Shown: one piece after another, positions 1-8,596 of the stretch | Layout of the letters: every line of letters begins with the position of its first letter | Numbering within the stretch: the stretch's first letter is position 1 | DNA from: Solirubrobacteraceae bacterium | GTDB lineage: Bacteria; Actinomycetota; Thermoleophilia; Solirubrobacterales; Solirubrobacteraceae | Direction of reading: 5' to 3' | Length of the DNA stretch: 64,000 nt | Assembly: GCA_035702755.1 (NCBI GenBank) | Contig: DASSZQ010000331.1 | Coordinates: 478 to 64,477 of the forward strand | Translations under genes and position numbers: made by a program | The notes under the pieces: model-generated | Seen by the model: only the letters and a program-made list of their open reading frames with translations | What the model was told of the DNA's origin: nothing | Database searches by the model: none

Positions 1-183
1 CCGAGCTCGTTGGGCTCCAGCGAGCGCCCCACGCGGTCAAACAGCTCCGCGCCCACCATCGCCTCCAGGCGCCGCAGCGACCGCGACAGCGCCGGCTGGG
101 AGACGTGCAGGCTCTCGCTCACGCGCGACAGGTTCGGTTGGCCGACGGCGGCCACAAACCAGCGAAGCTCCTGCACCTGCATC
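1..183 (-). CDS. LysR-family transcriptional regulator, N-terminal HTH part (gene runs off the window start)
   Basis: Reverse strand from ATG at 183-181 reads MQVQELRWFVAAVGQPNLSRVSESLHVSQPALSRSLRRLEAMVGAELFDRVGRS, a canonical LysR winged-helix N-terminus. It is divergent from an MFS gene. Confidence 0.85.
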
Positions 184-193
184 TCGCCTACTT

Positions 194-1480
194 ATGCTTT
201 CAGCACATCGTTCTGCTGTCAATGATGCATTTTGTGCATCACGGATTCGGCCGTACTCTGGATCTGTGAGCGTTGACGAGGACACCCGCTTGCGCCGCGG
301 AGAGCCGGGCTTTCGCCGGGCGTCAGTGGCCATGTTCGCCGCCGGGGTCTCGACCTTCGTCCTCCTGTACGCCACCCAGCCGCTGCTGCCCCTGCTCGCC
401 CGTGACTTTCAGGTCACCCCGGCGAGCTCCAGCCTCACCCTGGCGCTGAGCACCGGGACCCTCGCGCTCGCCCTGCTCCCCGCGGGCTGGCTGTCGGATG
501 TGTGGGGCCGCACGCGGGTCATGCTGCTGGCTCTGGTCGCCTCCGCGCTGCTGGGCCTGGCCGCCGCCGCCGCTCCGACGTTCACCGTGCTGCTAGTGAT
601 CCGGGCGCTGCAGGGCATCGCGCTCGCCGGGGTTCCCGCGGTGGGCATGGCCTACCTCGCCGAGGAGATTCATCCTGAGTCGCTGGGCAGCTCGATCGGC
701 CTCTACATCGGCGGCAACGCCCTCGGCGGGATGTCCGGGCGACTGCTGGCCGGCGCGCTCGCCGACGGCGGGGACTGGCGGCTGGCGCTGCTGGGGGTCG
801 GCATCCTCAGCCTGGTCTGCGCGTTTCTGTTCGCCCGCCTCGCCCCGCCGTCGCGCCATCACGTCCCGGGCCGGTTTGCGCCCAGCCAGGCGGTCGCGTC
901 ACTGGCCGTGCACCTGCGCGACCGCGGCCAGCTGCGGTTGGAGGCGATCGCCGCCCTGCTGATGGGAACGTTCGTCGCCGTCTACAACGGCGTCAGCTTC
1001 CGCCTGCAGGCCCAGCCGTACGACCTCAGCCAGGCGGCGGTCGCCGCCATCTTCCTCGTCTATCCGATCGGCTCGATGTCCTCGGCCCTCGCCGGCCGGC
1101 TCGCCGACCGGGTCGGCCGCCGGCGTGTCCTGCCCGCCGGGGTGCTCATCGCCGTCGTCGGCGTCGCGGTCACCGGGCTGCACCCGCTGGCGCTCATCAT
1201 CGCCGGCATCGCGCTGCTCACCGTCGGCTTCTTCGCCGCCCACAGCGTCGCCTCAAGCTGGGTGGGCCGCCGGGCCCGGACCGCCCAGGCCCAGGCCTCG
1301 GCGCTGTATCTGCTCGCCTACTACCTGGGCTCAACCATCGCCGGACCGCTCGGCGGCGCCGCCTGGAGCACCGGCCGCTGGTCAGACGTGATGGCGCTCG
1401 CCGGCGGGCTGCTGGCGGTCGCGTTCCTCGTCGCCCTGCGGCTGCGCGCCACCCCGCCGCGCGTCCTGGCCGCCACCTGA
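194..1480 (+). CDS. MFS transporter, YnfM-like
   Basis: 428-aa ORF. RRGEPGFRRASVAMFAAGVSTFVLLYATQPLLPLLARDF resembles the conserved N-terminus of YnfM-type MFS pumps, and multiple hydrophobic helices follow. ATG 194 lies only 10 nt from the LysR start, so GTG 266 is an alternative start. Confidence 0.85.
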   Translation: MLSAHRSAVNDAFCASRIRPYSGSVSVDEDTRLRRGEPGFRRASVAMFAAGVSTFVLLYATQPLLPLLARDFQVTPASSSLTLALSTGTLALALLPAGWLSDVWGRTRVMLLALVASALLGLAAAAAPTFTVLLVIRALQGIALAGVPAVGMAYLAEEIHPESLGSSIGLYIGGNALGGMSGRLLAGALADGGDWRLALLGVGILSLVCAFLFARLAPPSRHHVPGRFAPSQAVASLAVHLRDRGQLRLEAIAALLMGTFVAVYNGVSFRLQAQPYDLSQAAVAAIFLVYPIGSMSSALAGRLADRVGRRRVLPAGVLIAVVGVAVTGLHPLALIIAGIALLTVGFFAAHSVASSWVGRRARTAQAQASALYLLAYYLGSTIAGPLGGAAWSTGRWSDVMALAGGLLAVAFLVALRLRATPPRVLAAT

Positions 1481-1543
1481 CGCAGAGACGGCACCGGACC
1501 AGCGACCACCGGGGTGGCTCGCGGGCTGCTGCCCACGCCAACG

Positions 1544-1607
1544 CCGGGGGCGATCCGGCCCAGGGGGTCATCCACTCGCCACTCCGGGGGGGATCCGGCC
1601 CAGGGGG
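1544..1607. repeat. Two 24-nt direct repeats, 40-nt period (CCGGGGG[C/G]GATCCGGCCCAGGGGG)
   Basis: 1544-1567 and 1584-1607 differ at one position. They are intergenic, immediately upstream of element copy 1. Both contain GATCCGGCC, which also occurs in box 2 of the copy at 31947-32068. Confidence 0.8.
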
Positions 1608-1630
1608 CTGTTGGCGTCGGCGGTGACTGT

Positions 1631-1755
1631 GGAGCGACCGAATCGTTCGAGATTCGAATTGGCCCTCACGATCTCGTACAGATCAGACGCCCAGCGCCAC
1701 TCGTTGACGAAATCCGGATGCCGCCAACCTAATTTCGCGCCAGATGGTTGCTTCC
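1631..1755 (+). repeat. Dispersed TIR-bearing intergenic element, copy 1
   Basis: The 106-nt core (1646-1751) is colinear with the other three copies. TTCGAGAT is at offset 1, GATCTCG at offset 25, GACGAAATCC at offset 61 and TAATTTCGCGC at offset 85. The 5-prime end GGAGCGACCGAATCGTTCGAGATT matches the reverse complement of the 3-prime end (GGAAGCAACCATCTGGCGCGAAATT). Confidence 0.75.
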
Positions 1756-1816
1756 GGACCCGGCCATCCACCTGGGGACCGGCCGGGCGCGCGCAGGGTG
1801 GCCCGCACGGCCGAGG

Positions 1817-2146
1817 TCATCCCGCGTCGGCGGGCGGGTCCGGCAGGCCCGGCATCGGAACGGCCTCGTCGCCGAACACGGCGATGATGTCCAACCGGCC
1901 CCCCAGCGCGGCCACGTACCGCGACAGCGCCGACAGGTAGACGGTTCCCTCTCCGCTCGCTGCCTCCTCCGCCTCGCTGCTCTCGATTGCGTCGCCGAGC
2001 GCGGTGTCGCTGACCCCCCGCCGGCGGCGCACATCCTCAAGCCGAGCCTCCGCCTCCATCAGCCGGTCGTACATGGCCATGCGCCGCTCGTTCAGCGGTC
2101 GCGCTCGGCGGACCTCCCGCCAGCTCGCCAGTCCCTCGTCGTCCAT
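1817..2146 (-). CDS. XRE-family HTH antitoxin (HigA-like)
   Basis: 109 aa. The C-terminal part LSALSRYVAALGGRLDIIAVFGDE is typical of antitoxins paired with Gp49/HigB-type toxins. GGAGA sits 9 nt upstream of the ATG. It lies directly downstream of the toxin gene. Confidence 0.75.
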   Translation of the reverse strand: MDDEGLASWREVRRARPLNERRMAMYDRLMEAEARLEDVRRRRGVSDTALGDAIESSEAEEAASGEGTVYLSALSRYVAALGGRLDIIAVFGDEAVPMPGLPDPPADAG

Positions 2147-2592
2147 GCGTGAGTTTCTCCGTTTCCCCGTAGATGTCTGTCGTACAGCTTGTCGGCCACG
2201 CGGATGTTGCGCCGGTACCAGCCCCGCCAGTCGTTGGTCTTGTCACCGCCGAGCAGGACCACCGCCCGCTGCCGCGGGTCAAACGCGACCAGCGCACGGA
2301 TGTGTCCCCCCACGGACCGCACCTCCTTCATGTTGTGATGCCGGGACCCGCGGATCAGGCCGACGTGGGGCCGCCGCAGGCCAGGACCCCCCTCCTCGAG
2401 CTTCTCAAACACCTTCGCAATCTTGTCCGCATCGCGGGAGCTGAGCCCCTCAAACCACTCCCGTGCCTCCGGGGTGAGAAGGACGCGCCAGCCATCCAGA
2501 GGCAGGTCGGCTGCGGTCTGCGCAACGCGCCGCGGCGACGGGCCGCCCCGCCCCCGGTCCTGGGTTCGTCGTGTGCCCGGTGTGCCAGCCAC
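2092..2592 (-). CDS. Type II toxin, RelE/ParE superfamily (HigB / phage Gp49-like)
   Basis: WRVLLTPEAREWFEGLSSRDADKIAKVFEKLEEGGPGLRRPHVGLIRGSRHHNMKEVRSVGGHIRALVAFDPRQRAVVLLGGDKTNDWRGWYRRNIRVADKLYDRHL matches the Gp49-like toxin pattern. The true start is probably near 2499, since the conserved core begins at WRV. The ORF tail overlaps the antitoxin start by 55 nt. Confidence 0.75.
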   Translation of the reverse strand: MAGTPGTRRTQDRGRGGPSPRRVAQTAADLPLDGWRVLLTPEAREWFEGLSSRDADKIAKVFEKLEEGGPGLRRPHVGLIRGSRHHNMKEVRSVGGHIRALVAFDPRQRAVVLLGGDKTNDWRGWYRRNIRVADKLYDRHLRGNGETHAWTTRDWRAGGRSAERDR

Positions 2593-2806
2593 GCCGCCAG
2601 CATGGGCTCAGGAGCTGTCACGGAACAAGACGCAGCCGTGCCAACACGGGCACGGCCGCGTGCCAGTTCGTCAGACGACGCCGGCCAGGTCGTCCACGAT
2701 GGCCTCGGCGTCGCGCGGATCCTCGTGTTCACCGAGGCCATCGCCGCCCACCTCGACCACGGTCGTAACCTGGCCGCCGTCCCGGCCTGACCCGGGACGG
2801 CCACGG

Positions 2807-3877
2807 CTACCGCGGCGCCCGGACCGCGTTCCAGTCCGGCATCCGGGCATGAGGGGCGAGCGTGCGCAGCCGCCCGCCGGTGTACGGGACCGCAACGACG
2901 TCGCTGTCGCCCGGATCCGGCCCGCCGGTCGTGGCCAGGACGGTCGTCCCATCCCGGGACAGCCCGGCGCCGATGAGCCCCTGGGCCGGCGTCCCCAGCC
3001 GCCGGACCCGGCCGGTGACGGGGTCGACGGTCTCGGCGTAGCTTGTGTCCTGCCCGGTGAACTCGGCGAGCAGCCGCCGGCCGTCGGCTGACCAGGCCGT
3101 GGCCACCAGCCCGGCCAGCAGGTACCCGGGGTTGGTGTGCGTCAGGCGATGCAGCCCGGTCCCTGACGGCTTGACGAGGTACAGGTCGAGCTTGGGGGCG
3201 TCGTTGCGGTGTGACGACGGCCGTGACCGGGAGAAGACGATCCAGCGCGGGCCCCAGACGGGCGCGAGGCTGTTGTGGTCGCGGGTGAGGGCGACCGGAC
3301 GGCCGCCGCTCACGCCGGCGGTGTAGAGGTCGCTGCCCTGACGGCCGACCGTTCTGGCGTAGACCAGCCGATCGCCGCGGGGGGAGAAGGACACGGCTCC
3401 GAAGTCCGGCGCCGAGGCGACGGTGCGCCGCACCGTGCCGGAGGCGACGTCGATGAGGATGAGGCGCTTCGTTCCCAGCTCGCGGCCGGTCACCGCCGCC
3501 ACCGTGCGCGAATCCGGCGACCAGGCGACCACGCCACCGTCCTGGACGTTGCCCAGCAGCCGCCGCGACCGTCCGCCCGCCGCCGGGACCACCTCAAGGC
3601 GCTGGGCGTTGCGGGTGAAGATCTCGTACACGACAAGCCGGCCGTTGGGCGACACCAGGGGCGCGACCCCCCTGGCCAGCCGGCGCGGCGACTGGCCGTT
3701 GTCCTTGGCCGACCACACCCATTCCGCGGCGGGCAGCTTCGGCGGCGTCGTGGGAAAGCCGCCGGTGCCATAGACGAGCGTCGCCGCGGCGCTCGCCACC
3801 CCGCCGGCGGCGAGCACGCCGAGCGCGGCGCATGTCATCGCCAGGATCCGCCGTACACGCTGCATCATCACCTGCAC
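2807..3877 (-). CDS. Secreted TolB-like beta-propeller (PD40 repeat) protein
   Basis: 356 aa. N-terminal signal-like segment ILAMTCAALGVLAAGGVASAAA. Repeated WSPDSRTVA / FSPRGDRLVY / WSADGRRLL / LSRDGTTVL motifs are typical of PD40/TolB blades. Confidence 0.75.
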   Translation of the reverse strand: MQVMMQRVRRILAMTCAALGVLAAGGVASAAATLVYGTGGFPTTPPKLPAAEWVWSAKDNGQSPRRLARGVAPLVSPNGRLVVYEIFTRNAQRLEVVPAAGGRSRRLLGNVQDGGVVAWSPDSRTVAAVTGRELGTKRLILIDVASGTVRRTVASAPDFGAVSFSPRGDRLVYARTVGRQGSDLYTAGVSGGRPVALTRDHNSLAPVWGPRWIVFSRSRPSSHRNDAPKLDLYLVKPSGTGLHRLTHTNPGYLLAGLVATAWSADGRRLLAEFTGQDTSYAETVDPVTGRVRRLGTPAQGLIGAGLSRDGTTVLATTGGPDPGDSDVVAVPYTGGRLRTLAPHARMPDWNAVRAPR

Positions 3878-4070
3878 CTCGTTGTGTCATCGCGGGCCGA
3901 GTGTCCGTGGGCCCCAGCGTCGCGCCCAGTTCGATCCGCCTCATCGGTGGCCTGACCGGACGTGCAGCGCAAACTACGGTGACCGCGGTCCGGCATTGCG
4001 GTCGCGCCCGGCGCGCCGCCACGGGAGACTCCGGATGCCGGCGCCGGCTCCCCCGCCAACACTGACGCCG

Positions 4071-6032
4071 ATGACCGCGCGACGGCGATCCCACCGCCTC
4101 TCGCCCGGCCGGCGGCTGGGGCTCGTGGCGCTGGCGGTGTGGCTGGGAGCGCTGTGGCTGCCGGGGTTTGCCCACGCGTGCACCGTGACCGCCGTGCGCT
4201 TCACCGACCACCCCGCGTACGTGGCGGTCACCGTCGATTTCGTCGCCGGTGCCGTCAGGCCGGCCGAGGTCACCGCCACCGACCCCAACCCGTTTGACGG
4301 CTCGAGCACGCTCGTCGTCACCCGGCCCGGGCTGCACACCCGGGTTTCGGCGCGCACCGGCCTGGGGGTGACGGCGCACATCAGGCGCCTGCCGTCCGGG
4401 GCGCTGCAGATCCGTCTGACCTCCGTGCGCAACCGCTTCAAGTACCTGGGCTACACCACCGTCTCCGGCTCCCACCTGGTCATCCAGTTGTGGAAGAGTC
4501 GCCCGCCGTCACCCGTCGCCGAGATCCGCCGGGGGGCCGGCGGCTGTCTGGAGCTGGACCGCAGCCGCGTCACCGCCGGCGTCGTCACCGCCTCCGGACG
4601 CTCAACCGGCCTGTTTGAGAATCAGGCGGTGCTGGCGCTCCGCGGCGCCGACGGGCGCGTGCTCGCCCAGCGCACCGTCCACGTCAGCCGCGGGCGCTGG
4701 AGCGGCCGGCTCACCTACCGGGCACGACGACAGGCGGGGACGCTTGAGGTCCACGCCGCCTCGGCCAAGGACGGATCGCTGGCGTGCCTGGCCCAGATCC
4801 GCGTCACCCTCCCCGCTTCTCCCCCGCCGCTCTCGGTCACGGTCCTCTCACGCTACCCGCAGCAGTGCCTGCGGGCGGTGACGCGCCCCAGCGGGGACGG
4901 GCGCGTGGCGACGATGAACGGCCTCACGGTGACCGTCGCCACCCCCTCCGGCGCGAACGCCGCCACCATCCAGTTCGCGCCCCCGCCGATGGGCAGCTAC
5001 ATGGGGCCCGTCCGGTCCCTGCAGTGGAGCCCGGATGGGCGCTGGCTCGCCCTGCGCTGGGGCGACCTGTTCACGGCTTCCGGCACTCCGGCCAGCATGA
5101 TGTTCCCCACGCCCGCGATTGGCGCCTGGACCTGGTCGCCGGCAAGCGACTGCGTGCTGGCGATCACCAAGGCGACGCGCACCGAGACGACGATCTCGGT
5201 CGGCGCCCCGCGCCGCACGGGAACCGCGTTTCTGCGGGGGCGGATCGGCCCGTTTGCCTTCTCGCCCAACGGTCGCGCGCTGTACCTGGGCCTGGGCAGC
5301 CCGTCAGGGAACCTGCGCTTTGCGCGACTTGATCTGGCCACCGGCCGGGTGCGCGACCTCGGCCCCGCGCCGGGGCTCGGCTGCTGCCTGGGCTTCGGAG
5401 GCTGGGCGCCGGGCGGCAAGATCCTGCTGTTCTGGGGCGGCTACGGAGCCTCGGAGATGGCCGACGGCGTGGAGCTTCAGGGCATCGACACCGCTCACAA
5501 CAATCGCATCGTCACGTACGGGACGAAGACCGACCGGGCGTTCATCCTGCCCGGTTCTGACTCGCTGGCGATCTGCGGAGACAGGCTGCTGGCGGTCGTC
5601 GGCGTCGGCCGGATCCTCACCAATGTCTCGGACAAGCGCCTGGCGTTCATTGCGCCGGGCAGGGCCCCTGTCTACCTGACGCCGAAGACGGTCGCCTACC
5701 TCTCCCCGGCGTGCGCGCCGGACGGGACCGCCGTCGCGGCGGTCCCCTACGCCAACGGCGGGGCCGTCACCGCGCCGGCGCCGGTGACTGTCATCTCGGT
5801 CAAGACCGGCGCCACACGTCAGCTGGCGCCCACCGGCTCGCTCACCGACTCAGCGCCGGACTGGGGTCCGGCCGGCATCCTGTACACCCGGACCGCCACC
5901 CCCTCCAACCCGTTCCAGCTCTGGTACGCACCGCACGGCATCGGCGCCCGCGACACCGGACTGCGCGCCACCGGGCCCGCCGGCAGCGGCTGGGACTGGA
6001 GCGCTACGCCGCCGAGCGGGGTCGGCGGCTGA
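4071..6032 (+). CDS. Secreted protein with a Gmad2-like Ig domain and TolB-like propeller repeats
   Basis: From ATG 4071 it reads MTARRRSHRLSPGRRLGLVALAVWLGALWLPGFAHA (signal peptide). The segment GLFENQAVLALRGADGRVLAQRTVHVSRGRWSGRLTY...GTLEVHAASAKDGS looks like a Gmad2 Ig-like domain. Later WSPDGRWLAL and FSPNGRALYL are PD40-like motifs. ATG 4035 is an alternative start. Confidence 0.7.
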   Translation: MTARRRSHRLSPGRRLGLVALAVWLGALWLPGFAHACTVTAVRFTDHPAYVAVTVDFVAGAVRPAEVTATDPNPFDGSSTLVVTRPGLHTRVSARTGLGVTAHIRRLPSGALQIRLTSVRNRFKYLGYTTVSGSHLVIQLWKSRPPSPVAEIRRGAGGCLELDRSRVTAGVVTASGRSTGLFENQAVLALRGADGRVLAQRTVHVSRGRWSGRLTYRARRQAGTLEVHAASAKDGSLACLAQIRVTLPASPPPLSVTVLSRYPQQCLRAVTRPSGDGRVATMNGLTVTVATPSGANAATIQFAPPPMGSYMGPVRSLQWSPDGRWLALRWGDLFTASGTPASMMFPTPAIGAWTWSPASDCVLAITKATRTETTISVGAPRRTGTAFLRGRIGPFAFSPNGRALYLGLGSPSGNLRFARLDLATGRVRDLGPAPGLGCCLGFGGWAPGGKILLFWGGYGASEMADGVELQGIDTAHNNRIVTYGTKTDRAFILPGSDSLAICGDRLLAVVGVGRILTNVSDKRLAFIAPGRAPVYLTPKTVAYLSPACAPDGTAVAAVPYANGGAVTAPAPVTVISVKTGATRQLAPTGSLTDSAPDWGPAGILYTRTATPSNPFQLWYAPHGIGARDTGLRATGPAGSGWDWSATPPSGVGG

Positions 6033-7542
6033 CGCACCCGCTGCGGTCACGCAGCCGCGGGGCGACGGTCACGGTGACCGTCCGCGCCCGCGGACAGGAG
6101 GCGATGGCCAGCACGGCCGCGCCGCGCCGGGAGACGATCCGCCCGCCGGCCACGCGTGCGCCGTAGCGCCCGCGGTACACGAGCCGGGGCGTGACGATCG
6201 TCGTGATCGTCCCCGCCCGGAAGCGGCCCCGCCCGCCGGCCCGGCGGGTGCTGTAGCGCAGCCGAAAGCGCCGGGAGGCGCGATCAAAACCCCAGGCGAG
6301 CGGTGTGCCGGCCACGACCTGCGGATACGGCTCCACCAGGGCGCGCAGCGTCGACCACTCCACGTTGGACCCGGTCGGCGGCTTGGCCGGGTCGATGACG
6401 ATCGCCTGCACGGTTCCGGGCCCGGCGGTGGTGGGATCGCCGCAGCCGCAGTACGCCCACTCCAGCCACGGCACCATGTTCTGATCGGCGAGGGCGACCA
6501 TGCTGTCGAGGTCAGTCGTGCTGTTGGTCGCGCCGAACTCGGTGAGCATCTCCGCCTGTCCGGTGGCGCGCACGTGCGCGGCCGCGTTCGCAAACACGGT
6601 GGCGTGCGACGAGCAGCCCTGCGCCTCGTTGGTCAGGCAGTAGTCATGAAACGAGAAGCCGGCGCGACGGTCGCCCGGGCCGGTGACGTCGGTGGGGAAG
6701 CCGAAGTCAAACAGGACGTTCGGCTCGTCAAAGACGAGCGTCCGGCGGTCGGCGGCGCGGATGGCCTGATCGACACGCCGGTCAAATGCGCTCAGCTTGG
6801 CGTCATCGGCCGGGCAGCCCGCGCTTGACGCGCACGTGAGGTAGGTCGTGCCCGGGAACGGCTCGTTGAAGATGTCGTAGCCGAGCACCCCGGGGACGCG
6901 GGCGAACCGGGCCGCCACGTGGCGCCACGCAGCGGCGTAGCGCTCCTGAAGGCCGACCCCGCCGGGGCCGGGGCTGTCGTTCCAGAAGTTGTCGAACGCC
7001 GCCTGCAGCGCAGGCATGCCCTCGTAGTTGCCCGGGAAGCCGAGCTGGGGCACCGCCGGCAGGCCGTCGTCCTGCACCGCCCAGGCCGGCTCGCCCTCAC
7101 CCTGGAAGCGCTGGTTGTAGAGGTCCTGGTGGAAGTCAAGCAGCGAGTAGATCCCATGGCGGGCCAGGATGCGCACGGTCTGGGCGATGCGGGCGAGATA
7201 CGCGTTGTCATACACGCCCGGCGCCGGCTCCACCCCCTGCCACAGAACGCCCACTCGGACCGCGTCGAGGCCGGCGCGGGCGAGGAAGGCGGCGTCGTCG
7301 TTGCCGAACCCCAGCGCCGCGGGGTAGAACGGCGCCAGCTTGTTGACCATGTTGACGCCGTGGACGATCACGACCCGCCCGTGCCCATCGGTCAGCCAGC
7401 GACCGGCATGGCCGAGCGGCGAGACGGCGCGGGCATGCGTCCGCGCCGGTCTCCGGGCGGCCTGCGCCGCCGGCGCGGCTCCGGCGAGGACGGCGAGCAG
7501 GACGAGAAGCACCCCGGGCCGCATGTATCTGCACCCACGCAT
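6004..7542 (-). CDS. Glycoside hydrolase family 5 (endoglycoceramidase-like), secreted
   Basis: Signal peptide MRPGVLLVLLAVLAGAAPAAQA. HGVNMVNKL, the acid/base motif DIFNEPFPG and the nucleophile context MLTEFGAT are characteristic of GH5. A basic C-terminal extension follows. Confidence 0.8.
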   Translation of the reverse strand: MRGCRYMRPGVLLVLLAVLAGAAPAAQAARRPARTHARAVSPLGHAGRWLTDGHGRVVIVHGVNMVNKLAPFYPAALGFGNDDAAFLARAGLDAVRVGVLWQGVEPAPGVYDNAYLARIAQTVRILARHGIYSLLDFHQDLYNQRFQGEGEPAWAVQDDGLPAVPQLGFPGNYEGMPALQAAFDNFWNDSPGPGGVGLQERYAAAWRHVAARFARVPGVLGYDIFNEPFPGTTYLTCASSAGCPADDAKLSAFDRRVDQAIRAADRRTLVFDEPNVLFDFGFPTDVTGPGDRRAGFSFHDYCLTNEAQGCSSHATVFANAAAHVRATGQAEMLTEFGATNSTTDLDSMVALADQNMVPWLEWAYCGCGDPTTAGPGTVQAIVIDPAKPPTGSNVEWSTLRALVEPYPQVVAGTPLAWGFDRASRRFRLRYSTRRAGGRGRFRAGTITTIVTPRLVYRGRYGARVAGGRIVSRRGAAVLAIASCPRARTVTVTVAPRLRDRSGCVSRRPRSAA

Positions 7543-7604
7543 GGCGGCGGAGGCTACTGTCGGCGGGGAACCGCGGTCAACCGGGAAGGCGCTGCCGGGG
7601 CCGG

Positions 7605-8147
7605 TCAGCCCACGCCCGCGGCCAGTTGCGACGGGCTCGGAACCGTTTGGGTGATGGTGTGACCCGCCGATCGCGCCAGCGCCGCCACCCGGTTCATGTC
7701 GGTGGCCACCCCCTGGAGGTCAGACAGGCTGAACGAGCCGCTGGTGATCGAGCTCTTGAGCGCGCGCAGCCGGCCCACGGCCGCGGTGAGCGGAGCGGTC
7801 ACGGGACGCATCGCGCGGCTGGACTGGGCGTCCTGGGCCGCGAGGTTGAGCTCATGGGAGATGAACAGCGCCGCCAGACCGGCCTGCACGACCGTCATGG
7901 GGTGCGACAGCGGGTGCATGATCGCGCCGGACCGGACCGGGCCGTAGATGAAGTGGTGAAAGGCGCCGAACGCCAGCCCCATGTGCAGCAGGAACTTCGC
8001 CGTCGGCACGGAGGTGGAGGCCGAGCGGGTGACGGTCCTGTGCGTCGTGGTGCGAGACGTCGAGGACGACGAGGAGCTTGAGCCGCAGCCCGCCAGCGCG
8101 AGCGCGGCGATGCAGGAGAAGATGGTGAGCGCCCGGATCATCGCCAA
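7605..8147 (-). CDS. Lipoprotein of unknown function
   Basis: 180 aa. Lipobox ALALAGCGSSSSSSS after a hydrophobic N-terminus. GC3-rich. Confidence 0.6.
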   Translation of the reverse strand: MAMIRALTIFSCIAALALAGCGSSSSSSSTSRTTTHRTVTRSASTSVPTAKFLLHMGLAFGAFHHFIYGPVRSGAIMHPLSHPMTVVQAGLAALFISHELNLAAQDAQSSRAMRPVTAPLTAAVGRLRALKSSITSGSFSLSDLQGVATDMNRVAALARSAGHTITQTVPSPSQLAAGVG

Positions 8148-8241
8148 CCGTCGATGCTAGACAGGCCTCGGCAGGCATTGTGATCCCGTCAGACGGCTGA
8201 CAAGATCGGGCGTACACCCAGTCGACGAGAGGAGTGACGCG

Positions 8242-8586
8242 ATGGCCCGTACGCCCCAGGAGATCTTCCAACACCACGGCGAGGCGCTGATGGCCGAGGA
8301 CCTTGAGGGAATCGTCAGCGACTACTCCGACGACGCCATCTTCATCACCCCGGACGGGATCAAGCGGGGCAAGGACGGTGTGCGCGAGGGCTTCGTCAAG
8401 CTGCTCGGCGATCTGCCCGGCGCCCAGTGGGAGCTGCCGACCCAGCTGTTTGAGGACGACATCCTCCTGCTGGAGTGGAAGGCCGAATCCGAGAAGACCA
8501 AGGCCGTGGACGGACTCGACACGTTCGTGTTCCGCGACGGCCTCATCCGGGTGCAGACCGTCCGCTACACGCTGACTCCCAAGTAG
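8242..8586 (+). CDS. SnoaL-like / NTF2-fold protein
   Basis: 114 aa with acidic, aromatic-rich composition. The DYSDDAIFITPDG...LLLEW...DTFVFRDGLIRVQTV pattern is typical of SnoaL/NTF2-like domains. GAGAGGAG lies upstream. Confidence 0.65.
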   Translation: MARTPQEIFQHHGEALMAEDLEGIVSDYSDDAIFITPDGIKRGKDGVREGFVKLLGDLPGAQWELPTQLFEDDILLLEWKAESEKTKAVDGLDTFVFRDGLIRVQTVRYTLTPK

Positions 8587-8596
8587 CGGCCGCGGC

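Noticed and set aside
1514-1771. Short ORFs crossing the repeat elements (1514..1732, 1568..1771, 31929..32390, 42226..42495, 16714..16896), considered as a small-protein family because FEIR/FEIV/FETR peptides recur
   Set aside because: The recurring peptide pieces are just translations of the TTCGAGAT boxes. The frame relation between boxes differs between copies, copy 1 has an in-frame TAA, and the codon third positions are not GC-biased.
3594-4475. 293-aa minus-strand ORF spanning the divergent promoter region and the 5-prime parts of two propeller genes
   Set aside because: It overlaps two genes with signal peptides and PD40 motifs, and its composition is typical of shadow ORFs.
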